From a virus (taxonomy: Duplodnaviria; Caudoviricetes): a stretch of 64,000 bases of DNA. The notes below the pieces were generated by a model. That model had not been told where the DNA came from and ran no database searches. It worked only from the letters and a program-made list of their open reading frames with translations. Positions within the stretch are counted from its first letter, which is position 1, and each line of letters begins with the position of its first letter. The position numbers were made by a program, and so were the translations under genes. The stretch lies in IMG/VR virus record IMGVR_UViG_3300042569_000831, positions 2,008 to 66,007 of that record; one strand, written 5' to 3'. Shown here one piece after another: positions 1 through 11,200 of this stretch.

Positions 1-360
1 GATTCTGTTGTTAAGGAATTTTACAATGTTCCGTGCAAGGATTTTGATACTACCTTCGGTGATACTAGAATTTCTGTCAGTTCGGGGGTCCTAAGGTACG
101 TGCATACTTGTCCAAAGTGCGATGTAAAGATTATAAAACAAACAAACACAATAGTAGACAGAACACTAGAGAAGGTTCTCAGAGCCTCTATAGTTACTAA
201 GGATTCTATTATAAGTTCCTATATTAAAGTTATTGCCGAAAGGGATGCTACTATTTCTGAGCTAAAAAAGAAGAACAGGTGGATGACTATTAAGATGGGT
301 GCCGCTTTTGCTTTGTTTATTGTGATATTGTTTAGAAAGTTTTTAATACGCCTGATATGA
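1..360 (+). CDS. 5'-truncated membrane-anchored protein, possible spanin-like lysis protein
   Basis: Frame is open from base 1; coiled coil followed by a C-terminal hydrophobic helix and basic tail. Confidence 0.45.
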   Translation, partial: DSVVKEFYNVPCKDFDTTFGDTRISVSSGVLRYVHTCPKCDVKIIKQTNTIVDRTLEKVLRASIVTKDSIISSYIKVIAERDATISELKKKNRWMTIKMGAAFALFIVILFRKFLIRLI

Positions 361-1085
361 ATATAAAGGAAGTTCACGATGTTATATTGTTCTATCTAAA
401 GAAAGATCAGCAGGGGTTTGTTACTCACGCTGAGATAGATGAAGTATTAGATAGAAGTCAGATGGCGTTGTTTAATAAGTATCACTCTAACCCGGTTGTT
501 TACACTGTACCGGGAAAGAAGGAAGGGTTTGGGTATGGAGATTCATTGAGGATGGACGAGGCTTTGGCTCCGTTTAAATCCAAGTACACTTTCTTGAACG
601 TGGATACTCCTTCGGGAATTATAACACTTCCATCTAACCACATGCATATAATCTCATTGTACACTACTACCTACGTGCAATCATTGGCAAGAAATGTTTA
701 CAATGCTATACAGGTATTAAACGAGGAGGAGTTGATTGATAGGCTTAACAGTCAGGTTATTCCTGTTAGTATTGACGACCCTGTGGCGATATTAAATTCT
801 AACAAGAAGATTCAGATGTTCCCGGAGCAGCCTGCGAGTGGAGCGGTTTTCTATTTTAGAAGACCGGCAGTGCCGAGGTTTGGGTACACTGTAAGCGGTA
901 GAACTATTACTTATGTTTCTACTCAGTACGATGCGACTACTAATCCTAATGGGTCGCAGGAGTTAGAGTGGAATGAATTAGACAAGAACAATGTAATTAT
1001 TGAGGCATTATCTTATTATGGAATTAATTTAATGTCTTCTGATATTGTGCAATTTGCTGAGAATAAAATAAATCAAGGACAATAA
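357..1085 (+). CDS. tail ring/adaptor protein (crAss-like)
   Basis: Starts a run of overlapping ~200-250 aa ORFs before the nozzle gene; 'EIDEVLDRSQ...YFRRPAVPRFGY' resembles podovirus ring proteins. Confidence 0.6.
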   Translation: MNIKEVHDVILFYLKKDQQGFVTHAEIDEVLDRSQMALFNKYHSNPVVYTVPGKKEGFGYGDSLRMDEALAPFKSKYTFLNVDTPSGIITLPSNHMHIISLYTTTYVQSLARNVYNAIQVLNEEELIDRLNSQVIPVSIDDPVAILNSNKKIQMFPEQPASGAVFYFRRPAVPRFGYTVSGRTITYVSTQYDATTNPNGSQELEWNELDKNNVIIEALSYYGINLMSSDIVQFAENKINQGQ

Positions 1086-1699
1086 TGACGACCCGCTACA
1101 AAATTTATGAACAAATTCAGAGGCTTTTGTCAGGCAATCCTATTATTAGTGGGCGTGTTCAAAAGAATGATATAAAGTTATTGATTGGGCAGGTGTCTAA
1201 TAAGCTATTAAAGGCTGAGCACTTTTCTATTAATATGCCTGAGGGAGATAGTATTCCCCCGAACTGCATGATTTATACCTACGAGTCGGTTCCTGTAGTT
1301 TCTTATGGTACCGGCAAGAGTAAGTGTACGCTTCCTTCAATGCCGATTAACCTACCTAAGAATGTTGGCGTATTCCATATCTCTAAGACTAACGCATTGG
1401 ACGAGCCTTTTGTTCCGATACCATCAGGGCTTTACGGTATCATAAAGCCGCAAAGTTTATTGGGACAATTAAGTGGATTGATAGGTTACGAGGTTTACGG
1501 GAGCACAGTTATATTTACTCAGGACCTTCCTGCAAATGGTGCTAATGCTGTATTTATGAGATTGGTTGGTGTTGATATTGAATCTGTTGATGACTACACT
1601 ATCCTTCCGATAACAGCAGACATGGAAGCGGATATTGTTACTACTGTATATCAAATATTAGTTGGATTGCCTGTGGCAGATAAACAAACGAACGATTAA
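1085..1699 (+). CDS. tail ring/tubular protein
   Basis: Position and translational coupling (TAATG) within the tail operon. Confidence 0.5.
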   Translation: MTTRYKIYEQIQRLLSGNPIISGRVQKNDIKLLIGQVSNKLLKAEHFSINMPEGDSIPPNCMIYTYESVPVVSYGTGKSKCTLPSMPINLPKNVGVFHISKTNALDEPFVPIPSGLYGIIKPQSLLGQLSGLIGYEVYGSTVIFTQDLPANGANAVFMRLVGVDIESVDDYTILPITADMEADIVTTVYQILVGLPVADKQTND

Positions 1700-2460
1700 T
1701 GAAAACATACACAATAGATAATATAGTTAGGCAAACCCTGACAGATCGGGGGTACACAATGCATTGGTATTTACAATTCCTTAATTACGCTATTAATGCA
1801 CTAAGGGAGTTGAATTTTGATACATTGCAGAATGTGAAGAGTGTTAGGATGCCGGTAGATTCTATAGGTGCCTTAAAGCTTCCTTGTGACTACGTGGACT
1901 TTATTCGCATAGGTAACGAGCTTGGGGAATTTATTGACCCATACGTTCAGCGAGAAGCATTTAATAACATGTACAGATTTGACGAGAACGGAAATAAAAC
2001 AAAGTACGATAATATAGATGCAGCTTCCGGGTACTTTCCGGCTAACTACGATGGATTATTTTACTCTAACTATGCCAATGATAAGGGCGAGTTGACCGGT
2101 AGGATATTTAATGGCCAACCTTCGCTAAGACATTCATTTAAAGTAATCAAAGAAAGAAACGAAATACAGTTGGATATTACCTTTGCTAAAAGCACGATAG
2201 CTTTGGATTATATAACTGACGGGACTAGTGTTGATGCTTCTAATGCAGTTCATCCTTACGCCATTAATACGATTAAGGCTTTCATAGTATGGCAAATGAA
2301 AGAGCATAATAGGTATTATAATTTATCGGAAAGAGAAACTAGCAAGAACATTTACTACAACGAATTAAGAATACTCAGAGGTAGATTAAATTCTATGGAT
2401 GATGTTGATATTAGAAGAAGCCTTGCAGTGGCTTATGGTCCTACAATTAAAATGGCATAA
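1699..2460 (+). CDS. tail ring/tubular protein
   Basis: 'LKLPCDYVDFIRIG' motif typical of crAss-like ring proteins; coupled TAATG. Confidence 0.6.
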   Translation: MKTYTIDNIVRQTLTDRGYTMHWYLQFLNYAINALRELNFDTLQNVKSVRMPVDSIGALKLPCDYVDFIRIGNELGEFIDPYVQREAFNNMYRFDENGNKTKYDNIDAASGYFPANYDGLFYSNYANDKGELTGRIFNGQPSLRHSFKVIKERNEIQLDITFAKSTIALDYITDGTSVDASNAVHPYAINTIKAFIVWQMKEHNRYYNLSERETSKNIYYNELRILRGRLNSMDDVDIRRSLAVAYGPTIKMA

Positions 2461-5400
2461 TGGCAATAACAAAAAAAATATTATTAGGTGGTATTAACTC
2501 TGACGATGTAGAGCATATTATAGATACGAAAGATTATCTTAATGCGCTTAATATGAGATTTATTACCAACGAGAACGGCAAGGCCGGTAAGATGTCTGCT
2601 GTAGAAGGTACCGTTATGAAGAATGCTTTGTTCAACGGGGCTACTACTATTCCATTTGTACTACCTGCCGGGACCAATACTACCATTGGTGTTGTTGAGG
2701 ATTTCAGAAGAAACAGAGTAATATTTTTCAATAAGAACTCTAATAATAACAACGGCATATACTGCTACGATTATTTAGCAAATGTTGTTTATAAGGTTGT
2801 TGACTACTCTCAGGTTGTTGGAGGCTTGGAGTTCGGGAGTGATATACATTCGTGTGCAATTATGGGCGATGTGGTGTATTGGACTGATGGTGATACGCCT
2901 CAGAAAAAAATAAACATAGAAGCAGGTATTAAGGGTAATCATCCTTCTTACGTTTCCGATTATGCTGCATATACTTTCCCTATGGCGGCTAGTGTATTGG
3001 GTTTAGTTAGGAACCAACCTGCATACCCTTTATTGGCATCTAAGTCGAATGACGCTGCGTACTTAAATAATTTTATTAAAAACGAAGCATTTCAGTTTTG
3101 CTACAGATTTGTTTACAGGGATTTTGAAGTAAGTACGTTTTCTCCTTTATCTATTTTGCTCAACTACAATCTAAGTGAAAGCAATCTAAATAGAATAGAA
3201 ATAAATATACCTACTGCTCAAAAAATACAACAAGACGTAATACGAATAGAGATAGCGGTTAAATACGTTTACGGTAATAAATACAGTATTGTAAAGGTTT
3301 GGGATTATTTAAAGGATGCAACTGCTATAGCTAATCATAATTCAGGAACCGCTACTGCGTTAAGGTATTATTTTTATAACGACACTATCGGGGTATCTGT
3401 AGATGATGCAACTGCTACCAAGCCATTTGACTCTATACCGTTATTATCTGAGACTTTGGAAATAGCTAAGGATAGATTATTCTTAGGAAATAATACTGAT
3501 GGATACGCTTCTCCTTCTACTACTTCCCTTTCCAATAGCTTGAACACAACGTCAGGAACTACTCCTACGGGGCAGTGGTATCAGATTCAGTATTACAAAA
3601 TATCTGACCCTACTGCTTACTATGCTTACGTTTTAAAAATAACTAATATTCTTGCGGAAGGATATTATATACCCTCTATAGGAGGTCCATTTGAAAATAC
3701 TCCGCTACCTACTAGTGTGGACTTTAATACTTATATTAGAATTGCTACTGATGAAGATAGCCTTAGGAATTATGTAGATGGTGGTCTTGGTGGTATTAAA
3801 GCTACTGCGGTAATATCTGTAACACCTTACACTGCTACGATTACAAATGCCCCGTCATCATCGGGATTGGTAGGCAAGACAGTATTTAAGAGCGATTCTT
3901 ATTATAAATTAGGCGTAGTTTTCTACGATGAAGCGGGAAGAAAATGCGGCGTTGTGACTAACGATACTGCTAGTACTAAGGCTGTAATACCTGATAGAAA
4001 TTATGCTTCTATTACTTATACAGAGAGTGTAAATTGGACATTATCTAACGCATCCTCTGCTATAGAAATTCCTGATTGGGCTAGGTATTACGGAATAGTA
4101 ATGACTAAGTGTTTGAGAACTAATTTCTTTATGCAGGCACGGGCTGATTATGTTGGGTATATTTCTAAGGATTCTACTACCGGAGAGTTTCAAGCGCCGG
4201 TAACTTCTTATAGTGCTACTGCTTATGGGATAGTAGTACAGGCTAAGAGTCTTAATAGTTTTGGGATAGGGTATGCTTACCAAGCAGGAGATATTTTAAA
4301 ATTGTATAAGTCGGGCGTTACTACCGCTCCATTATCACTTGCTGTTAAAGGAACTTACTCCGACTATGTTATTGTAGAACTTAAGGATATAGGATTAACG
4401 GGATCTACAAATTACTTCTACGAGTTATATACCCCGTACACTTTAAGTTTTAACGAGTATTATTACGAAACCGGGAATACTTATTTGGTGAATAATCCGG
4501 GAACTCCTAGTAGGTCTTATAGTTCGTTAACCGGAACTATAACCGGTGACGTGACTATTCTTCAAAGAAACACTTCTTATTTAGTTGAGGCGATGTCTCC
4601 TAATGATACTTATTGGAAGAATTGGATAACTAATGCGGGAAGAGTTAACATTGTAAACGCAGGGAAACAGACTAAAAAAAGAACGTCTGTCTATTTTAGT
4701 GATGTTAGGATACTTGGTACAGAGTCAAACGGACTAAGTTCTTTTGACGCCCTGAATCAATACGAATTACCTTACGAATTATCGGCCGTTAGAAAGCTTC
4801 AATTAGTAAACAAAGTAGAAACGGAAGGTACTTTAATGTTGGCTATAGGAGAGAACGAAACCGCTGTTATGTACTTGGGCGAGACTCAGGTGTTTGACAA
4901 TACCGGGTCTTCATTCTTAGCTAAGAGTTCGGGGGTGATAGGTAATGTAAATGTTCTTAGGGGAAGTTACGGAACTATAAATCCTGAGAGTGTTTGCAGG
5001 TTTGCCGGAAGTGTTTATTGGTTTGATGCTAATAAGGGCTGCATGGTAGCCTTTAACGAAAGCGGGTTGAATAATATTTCTGACATGAAAATGTTTAACC
5101 ATTGGAAGAAGGTGGGCCAAGATATTTTAGCTAACGGTAAAAAGATATACGGAGGAATAGATCCTTACAACGGTGAAGTGCTAATGTATGCGCCTTACAA
5201 ATCAGTTATACCTGTAGGGATTATATTGAGCGATACTATTGTTAGTAGTACTAATCATTCGTACTCGGCCGGAAGCGGGTCAATAACACTGACATTAACT
5301 TCTGATTGCACTTATACTATATCTTCTACCAACAACGTTACCGTAACTTATGCCGGGGAAACTATTACAAATGCCGGCAGTTCGGGGGTGTTCGTGGCAA

Positions 5401-6020
5401 GAACAGGAATAAACAACATATCTGTAACTGCTGCTGCTTCCGGGACTATAACATTGAATTTAATACAAGAATCTATATACGATACGTATAACGCATTAGA
5501 CGCAACATGGGGTTATTCTATTGCTAATAACAGATGGGAAACTAAATACAGCTTTAAGCCTGATTGGATGAACATGGTTGGCAATAGGTTGATTAGTTTT
5601 TATAATGGCATTCCGTACATACACAACGGACCGATAAATAACTTCTACGGCAGGGTGTACGACAGTGCTGTAGCTGTGGTTCATAGCGAAGGAGGTAATT
5701 CTATTAAGGTTTACAAGTACCTATCAGTAGAGGGCGATACTCCCGACTACGTTCATATTAGGACCGAGATACCTTACGTACAAAGCACTGACATATTAAA
5801 AGATGAATTTGTTATAAGGGAAGGCGTTAATTACGCTGCAATTAAAAGGGACAGATTATCACCAAACGTTACCGGTACTTATGATAGCAAGATGTTTACC
5901 GGTGATCAAATGAGAGGTGAGGTGGCTAAGATTATGATTGTGTACAAGGCGCCTACAACCAAGAAGTCAATTAAGTTTATAGATATAGACTTCGATTTAT
6001 CAATAGGACAAACAGTGTAA
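2460..6020 (+). CDS. tail nozzle/muzzle (stabilization) protein
   Basis: 1186 aa; N-terminal 'GGINSDD...YLNALNMR', 'RLFLGN', 'GVVFYDEAGR', 'YGTINPES' are characteristic of crAss-like/P22 gp10-type nozzle proteins. Confidence 0.75.
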   Translation: MAITKKILLGGINSDDVEHIIDTKDYLNALNMRFITNENGKAGKMSAVEGTVMKNALFNGATTIPFVLPAGTNTTIGVVEDFRRNRVIFFNKNSNNNNGIYCYDYLANVVYKVVDYSQVVGGLEFGSDIHSCAIMGDVVYWTDGDTPQKKINIEAGIKGNHPSYVSDYAAYTFPMAASVLGLVRNQPAYPLLASKSNDAAYLNNFIKNEAFQFCYRFVYRDFEVSTFSPLSILLNYNLSESNLNRIEINIPTAQKIQQDVIRIEIAVKYVYGNKYSIVKVWDYLKDATAIANHNSGTATALRYYFYNDTIGVSVDDATATKPFDSIPLLSETLEIAKDRLFLGNNTDGYASPSTTSLSNSLNTTSGTTPTGQWYQIQYYKISDPTAYYAYVLKITNILAEGYYIPSIGGPFENTPLPTSVDFNTYIRIATDEDSLRNYVDGGLGGIKATAVISVTPYTATITNAPSSSGLVGKTVFKSDSYYKLGVVFYDEAGRKCGVVTNDTASTKAVIPDRNYASITYTESVNWTLSNASSAIEIPDWARYYGIVMTKCLRTNFFMQARADYVGYISKDSTTGEFQAPVTSYSATAYGIVVQAKSLNSFGIGYAYQAGDILKLYKSGVTTAPLSLAVKGTYSDYVIVELKDIGLTGSTNYFYELYTPYTLSFNEYYYETGNTYLVNNPGTPSRSYSSLTGTITGDVTILQRNTSYLVEAMSPNDTYWKNWITNAGRVNIVNAGKQTKKRTSVYFSDVRILGTESNGLSSFDALNQYELPYELSAVRKLQLVNKVETEGTLMLAIGENETAVMYLGETQVFDNTGSSFLAKSSGVIGNVNVLRGSYGTINPESVCRFAGSVYWFDANKGCMVAFNESGLNNISDMKMFNHWKKVGQDILANGKKIYGGIDPYNGEVLMYAPYKSVIPVGIILSDTIVSSTNHSYSAGSGSITLTLTSDCTYTISSTNNVTVTYAGETITNAGSSGVFVARTGINNISVTAAASGTITLNLIQESIYDTYNALDATWGYSIANNRWETKYSFKPDWMNMVGNRLISFYNGIPYIHNGPINNFYGRVYDSAVAVVHSEGGNSIKVYKYLSVEGDTPDYVHIRTEIPYVQSTDILKDEFVIREGVNYAAIKRDRLSPNVTGTYDSKMFTGDQMRGEVAKIMIVYKAPTTKKSIKFIDIDFDLSIGQTV

Positions 6021-6070
6021 AATTCACTGTTAAAGTATATTATTTTGTTATTTTTGTAAAAATTATTATT

Positions 6071-6607
6071 ATGCCATTACCACTTATATTTGCAGCGGCA
6101 GGAGCGGCAAGTAGTTTATTTGGAGCAGCAAAGGGTATTCAAGCCGGGAATCAAATGAAGAGACTTGCCGAGCAAGTTCCTACTAGAGAAAGGTCTCAAT
6201 ACGTGGGCCAACAATTAGGTACCGCTCAGATGGAGGTTAACGCCAATCCTTTTTTATCTGCTCAAAATAGAGCTACTCTTGGAAGACAAGCTAATATGAT
6301 GGCAGGTGCTCAAAAGAATGTTACCGACCCGTCACAATTACTAGCCTTAACTTCTGCGTATGGTGCTCAGGCTTCTGAGGATGCATTTAGAAACGATCAG
6401 GCCAATCAGCAAATGAGGATGCAAAAGCTTCAAGATTTATACAACGCTCAGAGATTAGGTTATACAGAAGACCAAGCAATGTACAACGATAAGATGACTG
6501 CCTTTAATTCTAGGGCTAACTTAATGTCTGCCGGAAATCAATCTATTACAGGAGGACTTCAAAACTTAGGTAAGACATTGGTTTCTGCCGGTGGATTAAA
6601 ATTTTAA
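6071..6607 (+). CDS. ejection/internal virion protein
   Basis: Ala/Gly-rich hydrophobic N-terminus, Gln-rich helical body, follows the nozzle gene. Confidence 0.6.
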   Translation: MPLPLIFAAAGAASSLFGAAKGIQAGNQMKRLAEQVPTRERSQYVGQQLGTAQMEVNANPFLSAQNRATLGRQANMMAGAQKNVTDPSQLLALTSAYGAQASEDAFRNDQANQQMRMQKLQDLYNAQRLGYTEDQAMYNDKMTAFNSRANLMSAGNQSITGGLQNLGKTLVSAGGLKF

Positions 6608-6617
6608 AAAATAAACT

Positions 6618-8195
6618 ATGGCGCAGGAAACTAGAGTAAACCCAATACAATATTCCGACATGGCCGCATCGGCTCTTGATAACTTGGCTGCATTACAGCA
6701 GAGAAGAGAGGAGACTGATAGTGCCGCTGAGCTTGCTAGGTATAAACTTAGAGAGGCAGAGAACTTACGTGTAAGACAAGAGGCTCAGAAAAAGAAAGAG
6801 GATATTGACAAAGAGTATTTAGGCTACTTTGATATACCGGGAACCATGAAGGGGCTTAGTCAGCAGAAAACCACAGAATTATTAGGGGCTATTACTGCAT
6901 TTAAAGGAAGCGATCAGGAAAAAGCGGCGCAAGCTAAGTCGGTTATAGAAGGAATATACAGAGGAAAACAAATAGAAAACTCTGTTAATGAGGCTATAGA
7001 AAAGGGTGTGTCGTTGTTGCCGGAAGATCAGAAAAAGGGCATTAACGTACAGGCCTTGAAGAACATGGCGATACAGGATGCGTTTTATACTAGAGACGCC
7101 AATGGTCAATTAGTTAGAAAAGATTTAGGTCAGATGGACCCTACGGTAGATTACGTGTCGAATATATTGGGGTCTAATAAAGCATTAAAAATATACGACC
7201 CATCATCGGGCCATAACGACTTAGTTAAGTTCTTAAAGGACGTTCCATCTGAAACAGAAAATTTAAAAGTAAAAACAAGAGTAGGTAATAGCGTTAAATC
7301 AGAAATGAATAATGTTACTTATCCTAAATTGTTTTATACGTACAACCCTAAGACGGAAGAGGTTAAGTTGAATACTGATGAGAACGGGTACATAGCTGAT
7401 AACATATACAAACAAGCTACTACTGTTAAAAATATTGACAGGCTATTAGAAAGCAGAACCGATAATTTGATTAATGACTATAATAGCGCTCAGGCTAATA
7501 AGCAAAACTTAGGTGTATTTTATTCTAAGTATGGTATTAAGCCAATGGAGGACGGTCAGTTGATAGACCCTGAAAGCCCGGAGTCTAGGGACTTGATTAA
7601 GAAGGCGATACTTACAGACTACGTGAAGAATAATACCGGAGTTAAACAGGCTGAGTCTTCTGAAAAAACTACCATTATTAATACCGGCGGTGGGTCGGGT
7701 GGTGGAACAGGCGGCGGAGCGGGTAGTGATGTTGGATTTAGAGACGTTTACAGCAAATTAGAAAGAGCTTTTGAATCCGCTTTACCTACTAATGAGGTTA
7801 CTACAAAAAAGGTGGACGGCAAGGTTACTAAAACAAGAAAAGAAGTTGGAAGAAATATTAATTCTTTAGGGTCCGAGTTGCAGCCTTATTTGATTGACAT
7901 GGCTAATAAAATAAACCCTTCAACAGAAGAGGGGGGGAAATACACCCAAGACAACTTGATAATTAGTAAGCAGGGTGGTTCTTATAAACTATACGAATGG
8001 AAGCCTGACACTAAGAGTTTAGGTAAGTTAATTACTTCTATAGACCCTGAGACAATACAAGCGAAAGGTAACAAAGAATTAGGCACTAAATCAGTAAGAA
8101 AAGCCTTATCTTCGGGGCCTGCCGGTTCGGGGCTAAAAAAGTACACGCCTGATGAGATAGCAGAAAGAAGAAGAAGACTAGGATTACCACAATAA
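6618..8195 (+). CDS. internal virion (cargo) protein
   Basis: Helical protein with a Gly-rich linker, lying between the ejection protein and the giant cargo gene. Confidence 0.55.
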   Translation: MAQETRVNPIQYSDMAASALDNLAALQQRREETDSAAELARYKLREAENLRVRQEAQKKKEDIDKEYLGYFDIPGTMKGLSQQKTTELLGAITAFKGSDQEKAAQAKSVIEGIYRGKQIENSVNEAIEKGVSLLPEDQKKGINVQALKNMAIQDAFYTRDANGQLVRKDLGQMDPTVDYVSNILGSNKALKIYDPSSGHNDLVKFLKDVPSETENLKVKTRVGNSVKSEMNNVTYPKLFYTYNPKTEEVKLNTDENGYIADNIYKQATTVKNIDRLLESRTDNLINDYNSAQANKQNLGVFYSKYGIKPMEDGQLIDPESPESRDLIKKAILTDYVKNNTGVKQAESSEKTTIINTGGGSGGGTGGGAGSDVGFRDVYSKLERAFESALPTNEVTTKKVDGKVTKTRKEVGRNINSLGSELQPYLIDMANKINPSTEEGGKYTQDNLIISKQGGSYKLYEWKPDTKSLGKLITSIDPETIQAKGNKELGTKSVRKALSSGPAGSGLKKYTPDEIAERRRRLGLPQ

Positions 8196-8206
8196 AAACA
8201 AACATA

Positions 8207-11200
8207 ATGCCGGATAAAATCAAGGATTTTTTTAAAGCAGAGATAGCACCTACAGGTTTATTTAAAAGTGAAGACGAGTTTAGAACTTATATTTCAGATC
8301 CAAAGAATGCAAGTAGCTTCTATGAGTCGGAAGTAAAGCCGGTTGGACTTTTCAAGGATGCAGAAGAGTTTAATAGTTTTTTAGGTTTAAAAAAAAACGA
8401 TGGTTTGGTTTCTCCTACACAAAATCAGCAAGAGGTTTTACCATCAAATTTGGCGCCTACACAATCAAGTGTACAAAATCCAAGAATAGAGCCAAGTCAA
8501 GAAGAAGATCTTAGCTTGCTTTCTGTTGATGAGCTTTCTAAAAGATACAATAAATCAAAGGAAACTATTAACGCATACAAGGAGCAAGTAGATAAATTTA
8601 AGCAAGAAGGAGAGAAAGGTCAGGTTAGGTTAAGTGGTGTTGCTAATTTGTATAATTACGAAAACAACAACCTAAAGAATATTGCTGATGCGTACAATCA
8701 AAAGATACAGCAGAAAGCACCTAAGACCCCCGAACCGGCACCTCAGGCACCTACGCTTTTAGCTAAAGTTCGGGAGTACCAAAAGATTGCCAATGCTCCT
8801 GTAACTAAGGATTACGAGTTGAACTCTATGGGCGACTTGGATGAGGTTGATAATCCGGCTAGTTTAAAATCTAAGGAGAACGCTAAGGTTGAGTACGACA
8901 AATTAATAAAAGAATACGCTACTACTACAGGAATATCTGAGGATGATTTAAAGCAGACCTTGAATGATTTCCCTAAGATAAGTGAAGACCAAAAGTTAGT
9001 TGATTATACTAAGCAAAGATTAGAAAACCCTGCTGCCTATAAAAGACAAAAGGCCGCTTCTAGTTGGAGTAATGGGCTGAATGATGCGCTTGTTGATTAC
9101 AATCAAAAGGCAATCGCTGAAAATAAAAAGCCTCCTATTGGTAATCCTGTTAGGTTTGCTAATCAAAAAAGAGAAGACCTTAAGGTTATATTAAAAGGAG
9201 CTAATCCTTATTCTCAGTTTATTAATTTTACTGAAAATCTTAGAAAAGAAATAAGCTATTTGCCAAACGAGGTGGTAAATGGTATTATGAAAAATGTAGC
9301 AATAGAAGGCCAAGGTATATTGGAAGGCGCTCCCGATAAGGACCAATATATAAGTAGCGACCCTAAAAGTAAAAATCTTAATAAGTATCAGGTAAGTTGG
9401 TTGAATAGTATTAAAATATCCGACCCTGATTTATACAAAAACAGAACTAGGTTATTGTCGGTACCAATGTCTAAGCTAGAGGAGCAATCATCTGCTAAAA
9501 ACGAGTTTAGTTCTTTAAGTCCAACGTCTGCTATTGGCGCAAGTAAAGCTGCATCTGCCGCAAGAAATCAAAGATTAGCTAGTGAGAGAGTTCAGTTAGA
9601 AGCTGAGGAGGGTGGTATTAGTATGGCAAAAGAAGATAAGACTGAAAAGTTAGACGACTTGATAAGAAAGTCTAAAACTACAGGTATTACTCAGCAGGAG
9701 AAAGAAGTGGCCGATCAGTTGATTGTTGATTTGAATCAATTAGACAAAGACTCTAAGGCGTTAAATGAAAAATACCCATTAGCTACCAAGGATAGAGACG
9801 ATCAGTTATTATTCTCGGCTACCGGTGGTGAATTAAATAGAGCGGAAAGGTTTGCAGCAAAAACAGTTAAAGGATTTGATAATGCTCTTGGATTTATTTC
9901 CGATATAATATCAACCCCTTTCATGTCAAAGGAGCAAAGAGTTATTCAGGATTTGGACGAGCTCGGGGGAAAAAGAAGATTTGAAACTAAAACAGCAAGA
10001 AAGCAGGATGACATTGTTGTAGGCAACTATACTATCAATGCGACTCCTGAGTTTTTAAAATACATAGAAGAAGTAGACAACGACAAGTCTTTGACGTTTG
10101 AGCAAAAGCAACAAAAGAAAAGAGACAAATACAGAGAGGATCCGTACCTAATAACAATTAAGCGAAACGATAATGCGGGTGATTTGTTATTTACTAGCGA
10201 AACTGTATTGAATGCCGTAGAGGATTTTGGGTCGCAAATATTACCGCAACTTGGATTGAGTGCGATTACCGGAGGTGGTGCTGCTATATCTAAGCTAAGA
10301 AGTCTTTCTACTTTATTTGGAACTACATTTGCTTCGGGATACAAAGACAATTATTTATCTGCCGTAGAAGAAGGGGACGCTGCGCCATCTACAACTGCAT
10401 TTAGGAATACCTCAATTGACGCCTTGTACGAATTGATTGGTGATGACTTAGCAATGGTTAAGAAGGTATTTGGTAAAGCGAGTGGATCTATAGGTAAGCT
10501 AGTAAATAGTATTGACGAGGCGGAGTGGAATAAAATATTGTCTAAAAAAACAGGAGCATTTAGAGCGGTAAAAAACGTAGCTAAATCTTTTGGCAAGGAC
10601 GTGTTACTTGAAGGAGCAAAAGAAGCTACCGGTGAGGCTGCTGCCGCAGGTACTACTTCTTATTTAGATAATAAGGAAGCTTACGAGCCAATGAAGACTG
10701 CATTTGTAAATACATTTGTAGGCTCTGTTGCCACAATGGGATTGGGTACCGTGTTTAATTACAAGAATATTACAAGAGCAGAGAAGTACGCAATGTACGC
10801 TGCCGGTGCAAATTCTTCTGCTTACTTGGCCGATATAGATGAAAGCTTAAAGAACGGTACAATTACCGAAGACGAGGCTAATAAGAGAAGGCAAGTTATT
10901 CAATCAATGTCAAACATTGTTAATGAAATGCCTAAAGTAGATGGTATGTCGGACAATGAAGTAGTTGACTTTGCCTTTAACAAATACATTCAAGAGCAGG
11001 CGGGTAAGGCTGAAAAGGTTATACCTGATAACGCCAAGGTAAAGGAGTTGGTTCAAAATTTAAATAACGAAAATAATAATATAATCAATGCCGCTACAGA
11101 AAGCACACAACAAGCAGGGTCTACAGAAAGCAATATCGGCCAACCTACGGGAACTTTACAAGGACAACAAGAAGTTGGAGAAGGGCAACAAGGGGAAGCC

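Noticed and set aside
8149-8170. CTGATGA...GAAA as another hammerhead
   Set aside because: No stem II or III pairing; lies within coding sequence
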